Source: Sumerlaeia bacterium
GTDB taxonomy: Bacteria > Sumerlaeota > Sumerlaeia > SLMS01 > JAHLLQ01
Direction: 5' to 3'
Assembly (NCBI GenBank): GCA_040219255.1
Contig: JAVJSW010000068.1
Location: 64,001-128,000 of the forward strand
Length of the DNA: 64,000 nt
How positions within the stretch are numbered: the stretch's first letter is position 1; every line of letters starts with the position of its first letter. The translations under genes and the position numbers were made by a program. This document shows, one piece after another, positions 47,868-57,586 of this stretch. The notes below the pieces were generated by a model. It did no database searches, was not told the DNA's origin, and was given only the letters and a program-made list of their open reading frames with translations.

Positions 47868-47968
47868 ATCGGAAGAGGCCGTCTGGTGAGCGGTTCGCCG
47901 GAACGGTAAAGTCCCACTGGCGGGAGCGATGCCCTACTTTGGTTCGGTCGCCAGGACAAGGCTCATCC

Positions 47969-49075
47969 TCACAACGCGATTTCGCGAGCCCGGAATGTGG
48001 AACTCTGGGGCGGATCGGGCGGATCCGCGGGAGGTTTCCCCGGGTCGGCGGATGTGGTCTTCGCGCCGTCTCGCGCCGGGAAGGACGTGTCCGCCGGCAA
48101 CGTGGCGCAAAGTTCGGTCCGGTTTCCCGTCAGCGCCACCGAAACCGAACCCGCCGGGCCCTCCAGAGACTTGCGATACCCCAGCAGTTCCAGCAATCTG
48201 TCGATCTCGGCGAGCATTTCCGCCGCGCTCTGAAACCGCGCCCCCGGGTCCTTGGCGAGAGCCTTCAGGAGAAAGGCCTCGATTTCCTCAGGCAGGTCCG
48301 GAGCCAGACTGCGCGGCTTCGGTGGCCTGGCGTGCAGGTGCATCTGAGCCGTCTCGAAACCCGAGTCGCTCATGAACGGCGGCCGGCCGCACAGAAGCTG
48401 GAAAATCAAAACCCCCAGCGAATACAAATCCGCCCGGTGATCGACGGCGGGATCGGCCAGCACAACCTCTGGAGCCATGTACAGAGGGGTGCCCACGCGG
48501 CTGCATCCGGCCGGATTGAGTCCCATCTCGCCCATGCGGAAAGCCACGCCGAAGTCCATGATCTTCAGCGTTCCGCGCCGGTTGACCATCAGGTTGGCGG
48601 GCTTGATGTCGCGGTGCACGACGCCCTCCGAGTGGACGTGGCGCAGACCCCGGGCAACCTGCCGGGCGAGTCCGAGGCTCTGGACCCAGGTAGGCAGACC
48701 CGTTTCCTGGAGCAAGTTGCGAAGGCTGTCTCCCTCGACGAACTCGAAGACGAGAGCCTGATTGCCCCAGATGTCCCAAGCCATCGCGTGAACCTGCAAA
48801 ACGTTTCCGTGAGGCGACAGCGAAGCCAGCAGCTTACCTTCGAAGGCCAATTGCTTCAGCCGCTCCTTACGCGTTTGCTCGTCAAAAAAGCCGGCCGGAA
48901 TCGTTTTGATCGCCACCGGTCTGTCCAGGCATTGCTGAGTGGCCCGGTAGACCACCCCCATCGATCCCCGGCCGATTTCCAGAAAGTCCTGAAAACCGGG
49001 GAGAGCCAACGGGTAAGCTGGCTTTCCAGAGGGCTTCGGTGCGGACCTTTGGGTGAGTCTCGCGGACTGGGACAT
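47969..49075 (-). CDS. Hanks-type Ser/Thr protein kinase (soluble)
   Basis: GRGSMGVVY, VAIK, HRDIKPAN, DFG, GTPLYMAPE, DLYSLG. Confidence 0.93.
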   Translation of the reverse strand: MSQSARLTQRSAPKPSGKPAYPLALPGFQDFLEIGRGSMGVVYRATQQCLDRPVAIKTIPAGFFDEQTRKERLKQLAFEGKLLASLSPHGNVLQVHAMAWDIWGNQALVFEFVEGDSLRNLLQETGLPTWVQSLGLARQVARGLRHVHSEGVVHRDIKPANLMVNRRGTLKIMDFGVAFRMGEMGLNPAGCSRVGTPLYMAPEVVLADPAVDHRADLYSLGVLIFQLLCGRPPFMSDSGFETAQMHLHARPPKPRSLAPDLPEEIEAFLLKALAKDPGARFQSAAEMLAEIDRLLELLGYRKSLEGPAGSVSVALTGNRTELCATLPADTSFPARDGAKTTSADPGKPPADPPDPPQSSTFRAREIAL

Positions 49076-49291
49076 GGATCAAACTCATTGCAATGGAATT
49101 GTTGCATGATGGCGAATAGCTCGCCTCAAGACGAGAATACTGGACAAAGCACGGCGTATGCCCGAAAGTTTTTTTCGATCAAAACGTTTCCACTTCCGTT
49201 TTCCGCCGGAGCGGATCAGGCAGGGGTTGACCTTCTGTGTGATTCCTTGGGATTGCAGCGCCTATCCCGGCTCTAAGGGCTTTCCCGCCGC

Positions 49292-52200
49292 ATGGTTTCC
49301 GTTCCCTCCCCGCCTCCCTTCCTGCCCTGCCTCGTCCGGTCCGATTACGCGCCGGGCGGACAAAGCCTGGCGCGATTGGAGGACATTTTCCGCCGTGCGG
49401 CGCAATTGGGCCTCACCACTCTGGCGCTGGCCGATCCCATGTCCCTGGCCCAGGTGCCGGACGCCGACGCGGCGGCCCGCCGGTGGGGCATCACGCCGAT
49501 TTTTGGGCTCGAAATCCGGGTCACTCCCTTTATGGACCGCGAGGGTGGCGAGGACGCTTCCCCCGCCTGGCTTTACGCCGCCGACACGGCCGGTTGGCAA
49601 CGGCTCGTCGCCCTGCTGAACGACGCCCGGGGCCGCGCCACCCAGGGCAAACCGCCGGTGCTTTCCTGGGCCGATGTGTTCCGCGAGCCCCGGGGATTGG
49701 TGCTTCTCCTCGGAGGCGAGCGGGGCGAATTGACACAGGCCGCCTGTGAGAAGCGTGACAAACACGTCGAAGCGTTGATCGCCACCGCCCTGCGCGCCTT
49801 CGGCAAGCGCCGCCTCGGCCTCGCCCTGCCGCGGCCTGTGGACGCCGGGAGCGTGCGGGCCGCGCGGGCTCTGTGGACCCTGGCCCAGAACCGCGAGCTG
49901 CTGGCCATCGCGGCTCCGCCGGTGCGGTGCGCCCTGCCGGAAGACGACCTCGCCTGGAACGCCATCCGCCGTGGCCGGCGCGGCGAGCAGCCGACCACGC
50001 TCAGCGATCTCGCCCGGCCCCTGCGCGAGCGCGAGCACCTGCCGTCCCTGCGCGAAGCCGCCGAACTCTACGCCGATTTCCCCGGCGCCGTCGAGAATTC
50101 CGGCAAGCTCTTCACCCTCTGCCGCCCCATCGCGCCGGACGGTGGCGCTCCCCGCTTCGCCCGCCGCTTTCCCCGCCTTGTCTTCGAGCGCGGCGTGGAT
50201 GCCGACTCCTGGGTCTGGAACACGGTGTTCGAGCGCGCCGCCGAGCGCTACGGCGACCTGCCGGCGCGCTGGCGCGAGCGCCTCGACGAGGAGTTCCGCG
50301 CCTTTGCCGAAGCCAGCCTGATGGAAGGTCTCGCCTGTATGGCGCGCCTCGCTCAGGCCTTCGACCAGCGCGAAATCCCCCGCGGCCCCGGCGCCGGCTT
50401 TCTAACCGACAGCCTGGTGGCCGCGCTGCTGGGCATTACCCGGGTCGATCCGCTCCGCCACGATTTACCCTTCGCCCTGCCCGCCGACGTGGCGCAGCGC
50501 CCCTTCCGCCTGGATGTGCCTTCCGGGGCGCTTGTGGAGGCCGAGCGCATCCTGCGGGGCCTTTTTCCCGGGTTTCACTGCGAGGTCGGCCGCTGGATGC
50601 GCTGGACGCCCGCGCTCGCGCTCGATCGGCTCCGCCATGCGCTCAAACTCGATTCGCCAAGGATGCCATCGCCAGAGGACCTGCGCACCGCCCGCGAGTC
50701 CGACGCCATCGCCCGCGAGGAATCCGCCGGCGACCCCGATCTCTCCCTCGGCCTCGACGATCCCCGGGGCATGGCGTGGCTGCTGGCGCGGCTCGAGGAC
50801 CGGCCCCGCCTCCTCGAACCGGTGCGCGGGCTCTACGCCCTGACGGCGGAGAGCGCCGTCTCGGCGGTGCCGCTGGCGGCGGGAACGCTGGCCGAGTGGG
50901 ACCGCGACGCCATGATGCGCGTGGGCGCCGGGCTGATCGGCGTACAGAGCGACGATCTGCTGGACCTGGCGGAGGAAGGGGCGGAATGGCTGCGGCGCAC
51001 GGGCCGGCGCTCTTTCCGCGCCGAGGCCACCGCCCTCGATGACCCGGAAGCCTTCGCCATCGTGCGCGAGGGCGCCACCTCGGGCATCGGGCCGCTCGAT
51101 TCGCCGGTGCTCAAGCGCACGCTGCGGGCTCTCCAGCCCACCGATTTCCCCAGTCTGCAACGCGCCATCGACCGAGACAGCGCCGCGCCGGACCGCGAGC
51201 CCGTCGCTTTCGACCGCCTGCGCCTGGGGCTGGAATGCGCGGCGGTGCGGGGGCGGGACGGAGCCTGCTTCTACGCGGCGGCGCTGTCCCAGGCTCAGGG
51301 CGACCCGCGGCGGGTGGCGATGCTGCTGGCCGAGGCGCGCCGCGAGGGCCTGGAAATCGCCCCGCCGGACGTCAATCTTTCCCAATGGCGCTGGTCGCCC
51401 GAAGGCCGCGGCCTGCGCGTGGGGCTGATGGTGGTCAAGGGCTTCCCCCGCAGCGCCTATCGCGAAGTGGCCGACATCCGCCGCTCCATGCTCTTCGCCG
51501 ACACGGCGGATCTTCTGCGGCGGACGAACCCCGCGGCGGTGCGGCGGCTCCATATCGAAGCCCTGGCCCGGGCGGGGGCCCTGGACGGCATCGCGCCGGG
51601 GCGGGCGGCGATCCTGAGTCTCCTGCCGCGTCTCTTCGATCACCTCAGGCCCGAGGAAACCCGCGATACCCAGGCCATGAGCTTTTTCGGCCAGGACCCG
51701 CAATGGCTCCTGGAGCAGCAGGACCCGGCCCTGATCGCCGCCCAGGCCTCCGGCGCCCCGGCGGACCCGCCCGACTCCTGGGAATCGCTGGCGGAGCTGG
51801 ACTTCGCCGCCACCGGTGTGGTGTTTTCCCTGACCCCCGAGGAGCGATACACCGACTTCCTGAAAGTCGCCCAGGTCAAGACGTCCGCCTCCCTCGACAT
51901 GCGCGACCGCGATCAGGTCGTCTCGCTTCTCGGCCACATCGTCGGTGCCGAACCCGACCCGCAAAGCGACACCGGCCGCTGGCTGGCCGATTGCGGCGGC
52001 TTTTTCGCCGAACTGGACGAGCACCGGACCGAATTCGCCCGCGACAGCCGCAACGCCCTCGAACCCGTTCTGGTCACCGGTGAGTTGCGCCGTGAAGGCT
52101 TCTCCTGGATCGTCCGGGCCCGCCGCATGGAGCGCCTCTCGGAAGCCGATCGACAAGCCCGCCGCGCCGACCGCCTGGAGGTGGACATCGGCCGGCTGGA

Positions 52201-52477
52201 TCAGAAGAATCTGAAACGCCTGATGGAGGTCCTGAAAGCCTTTCCCGGCAATGTACCGGTCATGCTGAACGAGGCCCCGGCGGAGAAATCACGCCTCCTC
52301 AACCGCCTCGCCGCCCGGCGCGTCATGCCCTGCCCGTTGCTCGAGGTGCGGCTCAACATGGTGCTCAACAATCGCGGCTGGCGGCTCTACGTCGACGGCG
52401 TGGCGCGGCCGCTGCGTGTCGTCCTCAACCACGATTCGAGCGACACCACGGAGCGCCGGGTGGCGAGTTCGCTGTGA
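49292..52477 (+). CDS. DnaE (Pol III alpha)-like protein, predicted catalytically inactive
   Basis: PHP-like start (RSDY, ALAD, PIFGLE), GPG...SLVAALLGITRVDPL, LDDPEAF, PPDVNLS, GLRVGL.VVKG, EALARAGALD, OB-like and C-terminal domains; catalytic Asp motifs absent. Confidence 0.82.
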   Translation: MVSVPSPPPFLPCLVRSDYAPGGQSLARLEDIFRRAAQLGLTTLALADPMSLAQVPDADAAARRWGITPIFGLEIRVTPFMDREGGEDASPAWLYAADTAGWQRLVALLNDARGRATQGKPPVLSWADVFREPRGLVLLLGGERGELTQAACEKRDKHVEALIATALRAFGKRRLGLALPRPVDAGSVRAARALWTLAQNRELLAIAAPPVRCALPEDDLAWNAIRRGRRGEQPTTLSDLARPLREREHLPSLREAAELYADFPGAVENSGKLFTLCRPIAPDGGAPRFARRFPRLVFERGVDADSWVWNTVFERAAERYGDLPARWRERLDEEFRAFAEASLMEGLACMARLAQAFDQREIPRGPGAGFLTDSLVAALLGITRVDPLRHDLPFALPADVAQRPFRLDVPSGALVEAERILRGLFPGFHCEVGRWMRWTPALALDRLRHALKLDSPRMPSPEDLRTARESDAIAREESAGDPDLSLGLDDPRGMAWLLARLEDRPRLLEPVRGLYALTAESAVSAVPLAAGTLAEWDRDAMMRVGAGLIGVQSDDLLDLAEEGAEWLRRTGRRSFRAEATALDDPEAFAIVREGATSGIGPLDSPVLKRTLRALQPTDFPSLQRAIDRDSAAPDREPVAFDRLRLGLECAAVRGRDGACFYAAALSQAQGDPRRVAMLLAEARREGLEIAPPDVNLSQWRWSPEGRGLRVGLMVVKGFPRSAYREVADIRRSMLFADTADLLRRTNPAAVRRLHIEALARAGALDGIAPGRAAILSLLPRLFDHLRPEETRDTQAMSFFGQDPQWLLEQQDPALIAAQASGAPADPPDSWESLAELDFAATGVVFSLTPEERYTDFLKVAQVKTSASLDMRDRDQVVSLLGHIVGAEPDPQSDTGRWLADCGGFFAELDEHRTEFARDSRNALEPVLVTGELRREGFSWIVRARRMERLSEADRQARRADRLEVDIGRLDQKNLKRLMEVLKAFPGNVPVMLNEAPAEKSRLLNRLAARRVMPCPLLEVRLNMVLNNRGWRLYVDGVARPLRVVLNHDSSDTTERRVASSL

Positions 52478-52633
52478 CCGCGATTCCTCGGGAATCCACT
52501 ATCGAGTCGATGTCTTCCGTGAGAACGCAGTCCTCCGCGGAATCCGCGGTTGAGGGAACGTGGACCGGTACCCGACCGGCTTGGGGTTTGCTTGCCTGAT
52601 CGGCCCAGCATTCCATCAGCGAGCCCAGCGCCA

Positions 52634-53701
52634 ATGCCCCCCCTCACCGACACCACCCCCCTCGGCTCCACCGCCCCCGGCGCGTGGGAACTGGCCTCGA
52701 TCCCCGGCTGTGAGGTCGAGGCGATTGGCGCCTCGCGCGAGGGGCGGGCGCTCTATGGGCTTCGGGCGGGCCGGGGGGCCGTGCGGGTTTCGATCACGGC
52801 GGGGGCGCACGCCGACGAGCCGGTCGGCCCCCGGACGGCGGTTCGGCTGGCGGTGGCGCTGGCGCGGAGCGAGGAGCCCTGGGCGCGTGAGCTGGCGCAA
52901 GCCTGCACGTTCCGCCTCTGCCCCCACGTGAACCCCGACGGCGACGCCCACAACGCGGCGTGGCAGGCCCAACGGGGCGACGCGCGCGCCTACCTGGAGC
53001 ACGTGACGCGCGAGGCGCCCGGCGACGACGTGGAGTTCAACTATCCCCGCTCGGCCGACGATCGCGGCACCCGGCCGGAGAACCTCGCCGTGGCGGATTT
53101 CCTACGCGCCGAAGGCGAACCCTACGCCCTGCACGCCTCGCTGCACAGCATGGGCGTGGCCGAGGGCGCGTGGTTTCTGGTGTGCCGGGAATGGGCGGAT
53201 CGCTGCCGGACCGCCGGGATGTTCGAGCGCCTGGCCAACGCGGCGGGCCGGTCCGGGCTGGGCCTCCACGATATGGAGCGCCACGGCGAGAAGGGCTTCC
53301 ACAGGCTGGCCCCGGGATTTTGTACGACCCCGCGATCGGACGCCATGCGCCAGTTCTTTCTGGACCGCGACGACGCGCAGATGGCGGCGCTGTTCCGCCC
53401 CAGCTCCATGGAGTTCATACAGAGCCTGGGCGGCGATCCGCTCTGTCTTGTGAGCGAACTCCCGCACTTCGAGCTGACGGCGGCCCACGGCGACCCGGCG
53501 CCGCTGGACGCGCGGCCCTATGGCCGGCTGCGCGACCGGCTGCCAGAGATCAAGGCGGCGCTGGCGGCGGGAAATGAAAAACCGCTCCGGGACGCGGAGC
53601 GGGAGTTTGGCCTGAGGCCGGTGACTTGGGAAACGCACAGCGATTTGCAACTCGCGTTTCTGCGGGAAGGACTTCGCGCCGTCCGGGGGACTGCTGCCTA
53701 A
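52634..53701 (+). CDS. M14 zinc carboxypeptidase-like protein
   Basis: AGAHADEP (HxxE), PHVNPDG, SLHS, VSE. Confidence 0.8.
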   Translation: MPPLTDTTPLGSTAPGAWELASIPGCEVEAIGASREGRALYGLRAGRGAVRVSITAGAHADEPVGPRTAVRLAVALARSEEPWARELAQACTFRLCPHVNPDGDAHNAAWQAQRGDARAYLEHVTREAPGDDVEFNYPRSADDRGTRPENLAVADFLRAEGEPYALHASLHSMGVAEGAWFLVCREWADRCRTAGMFERLANAAGRSGLGLHDMERHGEKGFHRLAPGFCTTPRSDAMRQFFLDRDDAQMAALFRPSSMEFIQSLGGDPLCLVSELPHFELTAAHGDPAPLDARPYGRLRDRLPEIKAALAAGNEKPLRDAEREFGLRPVTWETHSDLQLAFLREGLRAVRGTAA

Positions 53702-54901
53702 TCAGCCCCCCACGTTAGGGGTGGGGTCGAGGAACTTCTGGACATCGGCCCAGGACGTGGCGTTGGGAATGACGGTGAGGCGGCGCTGCTCTTTGCCGTC
53801 GCTTCCGAGAATCAGCATCGTGGGGATGCGGTAGATTTCGAACTTCTGCGACAGCCGGCTGCCGTGGAGCTGATTGGCATCGATGCGCAGCAGCACATAA
53901 TTCTGCAACTGGGCGGCCGCGGCGGGGTCCTGAAGGGCCAGGTGCTCGAGGTACTTCACCGGTTCGAGGCGCGGCATGTAGAAGAGGATCAGCATGGGGC
54001 GGCGGTCGCGGCGCGAAGCCTGCCAAGCCGAGTTGGGGTCTTCGTACCAAAAGATGGTGGCGGGATCGAAGGGGCTGCCGGTGCTGGCTTCCTGGACCGT
54101 GGGGCGGATCCAGGGCGAGTCCGGCAGGGGCGACTCGGTAGGGGTCCACTGCACGGAGAGGTTATCCACCAGCACCGGTGGCGGAGCATCGCCGGGCTCG
54201 ATGTCGCTGGGAACGGTCACCATGACGCCAGCCGCCAGTTTGGTCAGGCCCGCGTCGCGAATGGGCGAGAAATTGCTCATCTGGCGATTGATGGCGCAGT
54301 AGATGGTGTCGGGGCCCTGGAAGATGATCTGGAGGCGGTTCCAGCCCGGGCGCTGGATGGGGAACTGCGCGACCGGCTGCTGGAGAAAGATCTGGGGGTT
54401 AGGCTCGACGCCGTCGGCGTAGGAGAAGAAGACGCGCTCGTTCTGGATGCCGAAGCGGTACATGGCGTAGTTGGAACCCTCCATCGGCTGGCGGGCCAGC
54501 AGAGCGACAAAGGGAGTCGGTTCGCCTTCGGCGGGCAGATAGAAATCGGCCTGATAGAGAGCCTGGCCGCGCTCGCCGAGGCGGGAGCGATCCATCGTGG
54601 TATCGAGCGTCGCGCTCAGGTGGGGAGTGCCGCTGCTGGGGGCCATGAGGAGGCCGAACTTGCCGCATTCGAGAGCGGCCTGGCGGGCCGTGATGGGATT
54701 GGCCTGGCCAAAGCTGTCGAAGGAACGGATCAAAACGTTCGAGTTGTTGGCGTTGTGTCCCAGGTTGAGAGCGGCCGGGAAGAGTCCCTGCTCGAAATTC
54801 TCCCAAGAGTGAATCTGATAAAGAGCCGGCAAGCGGGCCGGCAGCAGTCCCACCGTCAGTGCGCAGAGCAGCGGGAGGAACCAGGGTGTCTTGACGATCA
54901 T
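53702..54901 (-). CDS. Secreted protein with beta-rich N-domain and C-terminal thioredoxin-like domain lacking CxxC
   Basis: Signal peptide; RPMLILFY, YVLLRIDAN, YRIPTMLILGSDGKE. Confidence 0.65.
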   Translation of the reverse strand: MIVKTPWFLPLLCALTVGLLPARLPALYQIHSWENFEQGLFPAALNLGHNANNSNVLIRSFDSFGQANPITARQAALECGKFGLLMAPSSGTPHLSATLDTTMDRSRLGERGQALYQADFYLPAEGEPTPFVALLARQPMEGSNYAMYRFGIQNERVFFSYADGVEPNPQIFLQQPVAQFPIQRPGWNRLQIIFQGPDTIYCAINRQMSNFSPIRDAGLTKLAAGVMVTVPSDIEPGDAPPPVLVDNLSVQWTPTESPLPDSPWIRPTVQEASTGSPFDPATIFWYEDPNSAWQASRRDRRPMLILFYMPRLEPVKYLEHLALQDPAAAAQLQNYVLLRIDANQLHGSRLSQKFEIYRIPTMLILGSDGKEQRRLTVIPNATSWADVQKFLDPTPNVGG

Positions 54902-55248
54902 TTCAGTCCTTTCAATCCGATTTATGCGGAAAGGCCGATCGAATCTCTGGAGCGCATGGGAAATGAGTCGCCTGTCCGGATCGGTGGTGAAGTCATTTCA
55001 ACCGTAATCCAAGGAAACGCTATCTCGGGGCGGACTCGACAGTCCTCATGTACTCCGACAGGAAGGGTCGAGTCGGCGCGGCAGGGATGTCAATAGTTGA
55101 CGTCACCTCATTGCAAGAAATGCTGGGTTTCGTCTCCCGAATCCGCGCCGATTTTTTGGCGCGGAATACTGAGTGAAAAAGAGTTAGTTGTGAAGTCACA
55201 AGAAAAGCCGTCTGAAAGCGCCCTCCATCCGGTCCTCCCCCCTCACTC

Positions 55249-57126
55249 CTACTCCTCGTCCTCAAGGGAATGGCTGTCCGAGAACCAGTCCCTGCGGCCT
55301 CGCGTCACCGCCAACGCCGCCCAGCCTCCCCACATGTCGTTCTTTTCCGTGGAGGCGGTGGAGGTGTCGGAGGAGTCGCCCATGACGGTGACACTGACGG
55401 CGATGGTGGCGTACCCGGCGCGGACGGGACCAAGGGGCAGCGAGTAGAAGTGCCAGCGCCTCGAATCGGGATCGAGGGACTGGATCAGGACCTTGCGGAA
55501 AATCCGGAACGCCCGGCCTTCCTGCTCCACCTTGATGGAGAACGTGAGCGGCGAGCGGGTCCGCAGGCCAGGCAGTGCCGGTTCGCTGAGAACGCCAAAA
55601 TTGATATGCGCGTCCTCTGGCAATTCCACCGTCCAGCGACTCTCCGTCGGAACCCGCAGCTCGAGCACGTCGTGTCCGATGCCGTTGGCGCAGTAGTGCC
55701 CGAGGCGCAGGGAGTGGGCGCGGGGCGAGCGGACCTGGATTTTCTCGAGCATTTGAACGAGATCGAGTTCGGGGTTTTCGACCGGCTGGCGGAAGCCCCT
55801 CTTGCGCCCCAGCAGATCGACGCGGCGGATGGCGTCGAGGGCTTGATTGCGGGCCATGTCGCGGGCCGCTTCCTCGCGGGTGCGGGGCCGGGGCGTGTCC
55901 CAGGAGCCGGGCGCGGGGGAAGACTCGACCCCTTGTTTGCCGGCAATGGCGAGCCGTGGCACATCGGTGTCTGACCAGCTCGTTTTGCGGGGCCAACGCA
56001 CGAAGCGATGAAGGTGCACCTCCTGAGGGTCCAGGCGCCGGGCTTCCTCGGCGGTCGCTTCCAGGTCTTCCTCCGCCAGCGAGTCGAGACCGTTGCGGTC
56101 GAATCCCTCGATCAGGTGAAGAGCCACGCCGACACCGGCGCCATGGGCGATTTCCACGGCGCGTTTCACTTTGTCGCTCGACAGGTTGCGCTCCGCCACG
56201 ATGCGGCGGGCGCGCTCGGGGGCCGTTTCCAGGCCCAGTTCGACGCACCGGCCGCCCGCTTTCGCCAGCAGCGCCATGCGCTCGGCGGTGATGTGTTCCG
56301 CGCAGGAGGTCCAGCGGAAGGGCCGGTGCACGCGCTCGCGCCACAAGCCGGCGAATTCCTCGATCCAGGCGTCGTCGGAAGGAAACAGGTCGTCACAGAA
56401 ATAAAAGGCGTTGGCCTCGTGATCGCCCTTCAAGTCCGCCGCGATTTCCACCAGCCGGGCCGGGGAATGGCAGCGCTGCTTTCTCGTCGGCAACTCCAGC
56501 TCGCGCAGCCGCGGCACATGACAGAAGGAGCAGGAGAACGGGCAACCGCGGCTCGCCCGGATGGGAACCGTGCGGCCGTTGACGCGCAGCAGAGCGTCGA
56601 AGGGCATGCCTTCGAAATCGGGGGCCGGATTCCGGTCCAGGTCCTCGGCCGGCAGGCGGGGGGACTCGATGTTCCAGCCGCCGGGGCCGCGCCACCACAC
56701 ATTGGGAACGCCGAGGCCGTCGCTGTGGCTGGCCAGCCGGATCGCCAGGTCCCGCAGGGCCGGTTGCCATTCGCCGAGCACGATGGCGTGAACCGCCGGG
56801 TTGTTGGTGAAGACATCGCTGCCCAGAGTGCCCATGGGCCCGCCCACGGCGACCGCGCAGGCGAGCGCGTGGCGGCGCAGGCGCAGCAGGAACTCATCCG
56901 CTTCCTCAAGCCGTTCCCGGCCGATCAGGAGAAACAGCAGGGCGGGCGGCGCGGCGCGGAGGCGCTTCTCCAGCAGGTCCCTCTGTTTGCTGGACTTGGC
57001 GACAGCGGCCTCGGCGTCGAAGCCCGCTTCGCGCAAAGCGGCCAGACCTTCCGCGACTTCCAGCCAGTCGTTCAAAGCCACGCCGTGGCCTTGCTCGAGC
57101 AGAACGATCAGCGTATGGGGCTTCAC
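55249..57126 (-). CDS. B12-binding-like / radical SAM protein with extra C-terminal beta domain
   Basis: SRGCPFSCSFC, FCDDLF, LGLET; N-terminal VAVGGP..GE region; GTG start inferred. Confidence 0.8.
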   Translation of the reverse strand: MKPHTLIVLLEQGHGVALNDWLEVAEGLAALREAGFDAEAAVAKSSKQRDLLEKRLRAAPPALLFLLIGRERLEEADEFLLRLRRHALACAVAVGGPMGTLGSDVFTNNPAVHAIVLGEWQPALRDLAIRLASHSDGLGVPNVWWRGPGGWNIESPRLPAEDLDRNPAPDFEGMPFDALLRVNGRTVPIRASRGCPFSCSFCHVPRLRELELPTRKQRCHSPARLVEIAADLKGDHEANAFYFCDDLFPSDDAWIEEFAGLWRERVHRPFRWTSCAEHITAERMALLAKAGGRCVELGLETAPERARRIVAERNLSSDKVKRAVEIAHGAGVGVALHLIEGFDRNGLDSLAEEDLEATAEEARRLDPQEVHLHRFVRWPRKTSWSDTDVPRLAIAGKQGVESSPAPGSWDTPRPRTREEAARDMARNQALDAIRRVDLLGRKRGFRQPVENPELDLVQMLEKIQVRSPRAHSLRLGHYCANGIGHDVLELRVPTESRWTVELPEDAHINFGVLSEPALPGLRTRSPLTFSIKVEQEGRAFRIFRKVLIQSLDPDSRRWHFYSLPLGPVRAGYATIAVSVTVMGDSSDTSTASTEKNDMWGGWAALAVTRGRRDWFSDSHSLEDEE

Positions 57127-57586
57127 GGCGAACCCTTCCCAGAAACCGAATCTCGGATGAAGACGCGAGGGGATAGCAAAGAGATTTTGGGAGGGCAAGC
57201 AAAGCTCGCCAGGATTCGATGAGCTAAAAAAGGGTGTCCCCCGAAGTGCCTGCTCCACTTCGGGGGACGGTTGCGTGCCGGCGAAAAGAAAAACCGTGCT
57301 CGCGTTTCCGGTGTTCGCCCACAGACGAGACCAGCTAACTGAAAGAAAGGTTAGCTAGGCCGGTAGTTCACCGGTGTTGATCCGGCTGGAAAATCTACTC
57401 GCAAATCTGGAGCGCCGGATCAACGGGAAACTCAGAGCAATGACATCTTTTTCTAACCTGGGATCGCTCTAACAGGAAAATCGTTTGTCTTCTCCCCATT
57501 GCATGCCCACCATGCGCCCATCCCGGGGGGGAATGCGGACGGCCTGCGCCATCCGGGGGCCCCTCCTTTTCGAGAGGTCTTGACCC

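Noticed and set aside
49292-52477. Calling the DnaE-like gene dnaE2/imuC or a pseudogene
   Set aside because: DnaE2 retains the catalytic Asp residues and usually sits with imuA/imuB, which are absent here. The ORF has no stop or frameshift to justify a pseudogene call.
57300-57580. Long intergenic region with hairpins (agctaac...gttagct) as an ncRNA or riboswitch
   Set aside because: No recognisable family consensus; an Rfam/Infernal search would be needed.
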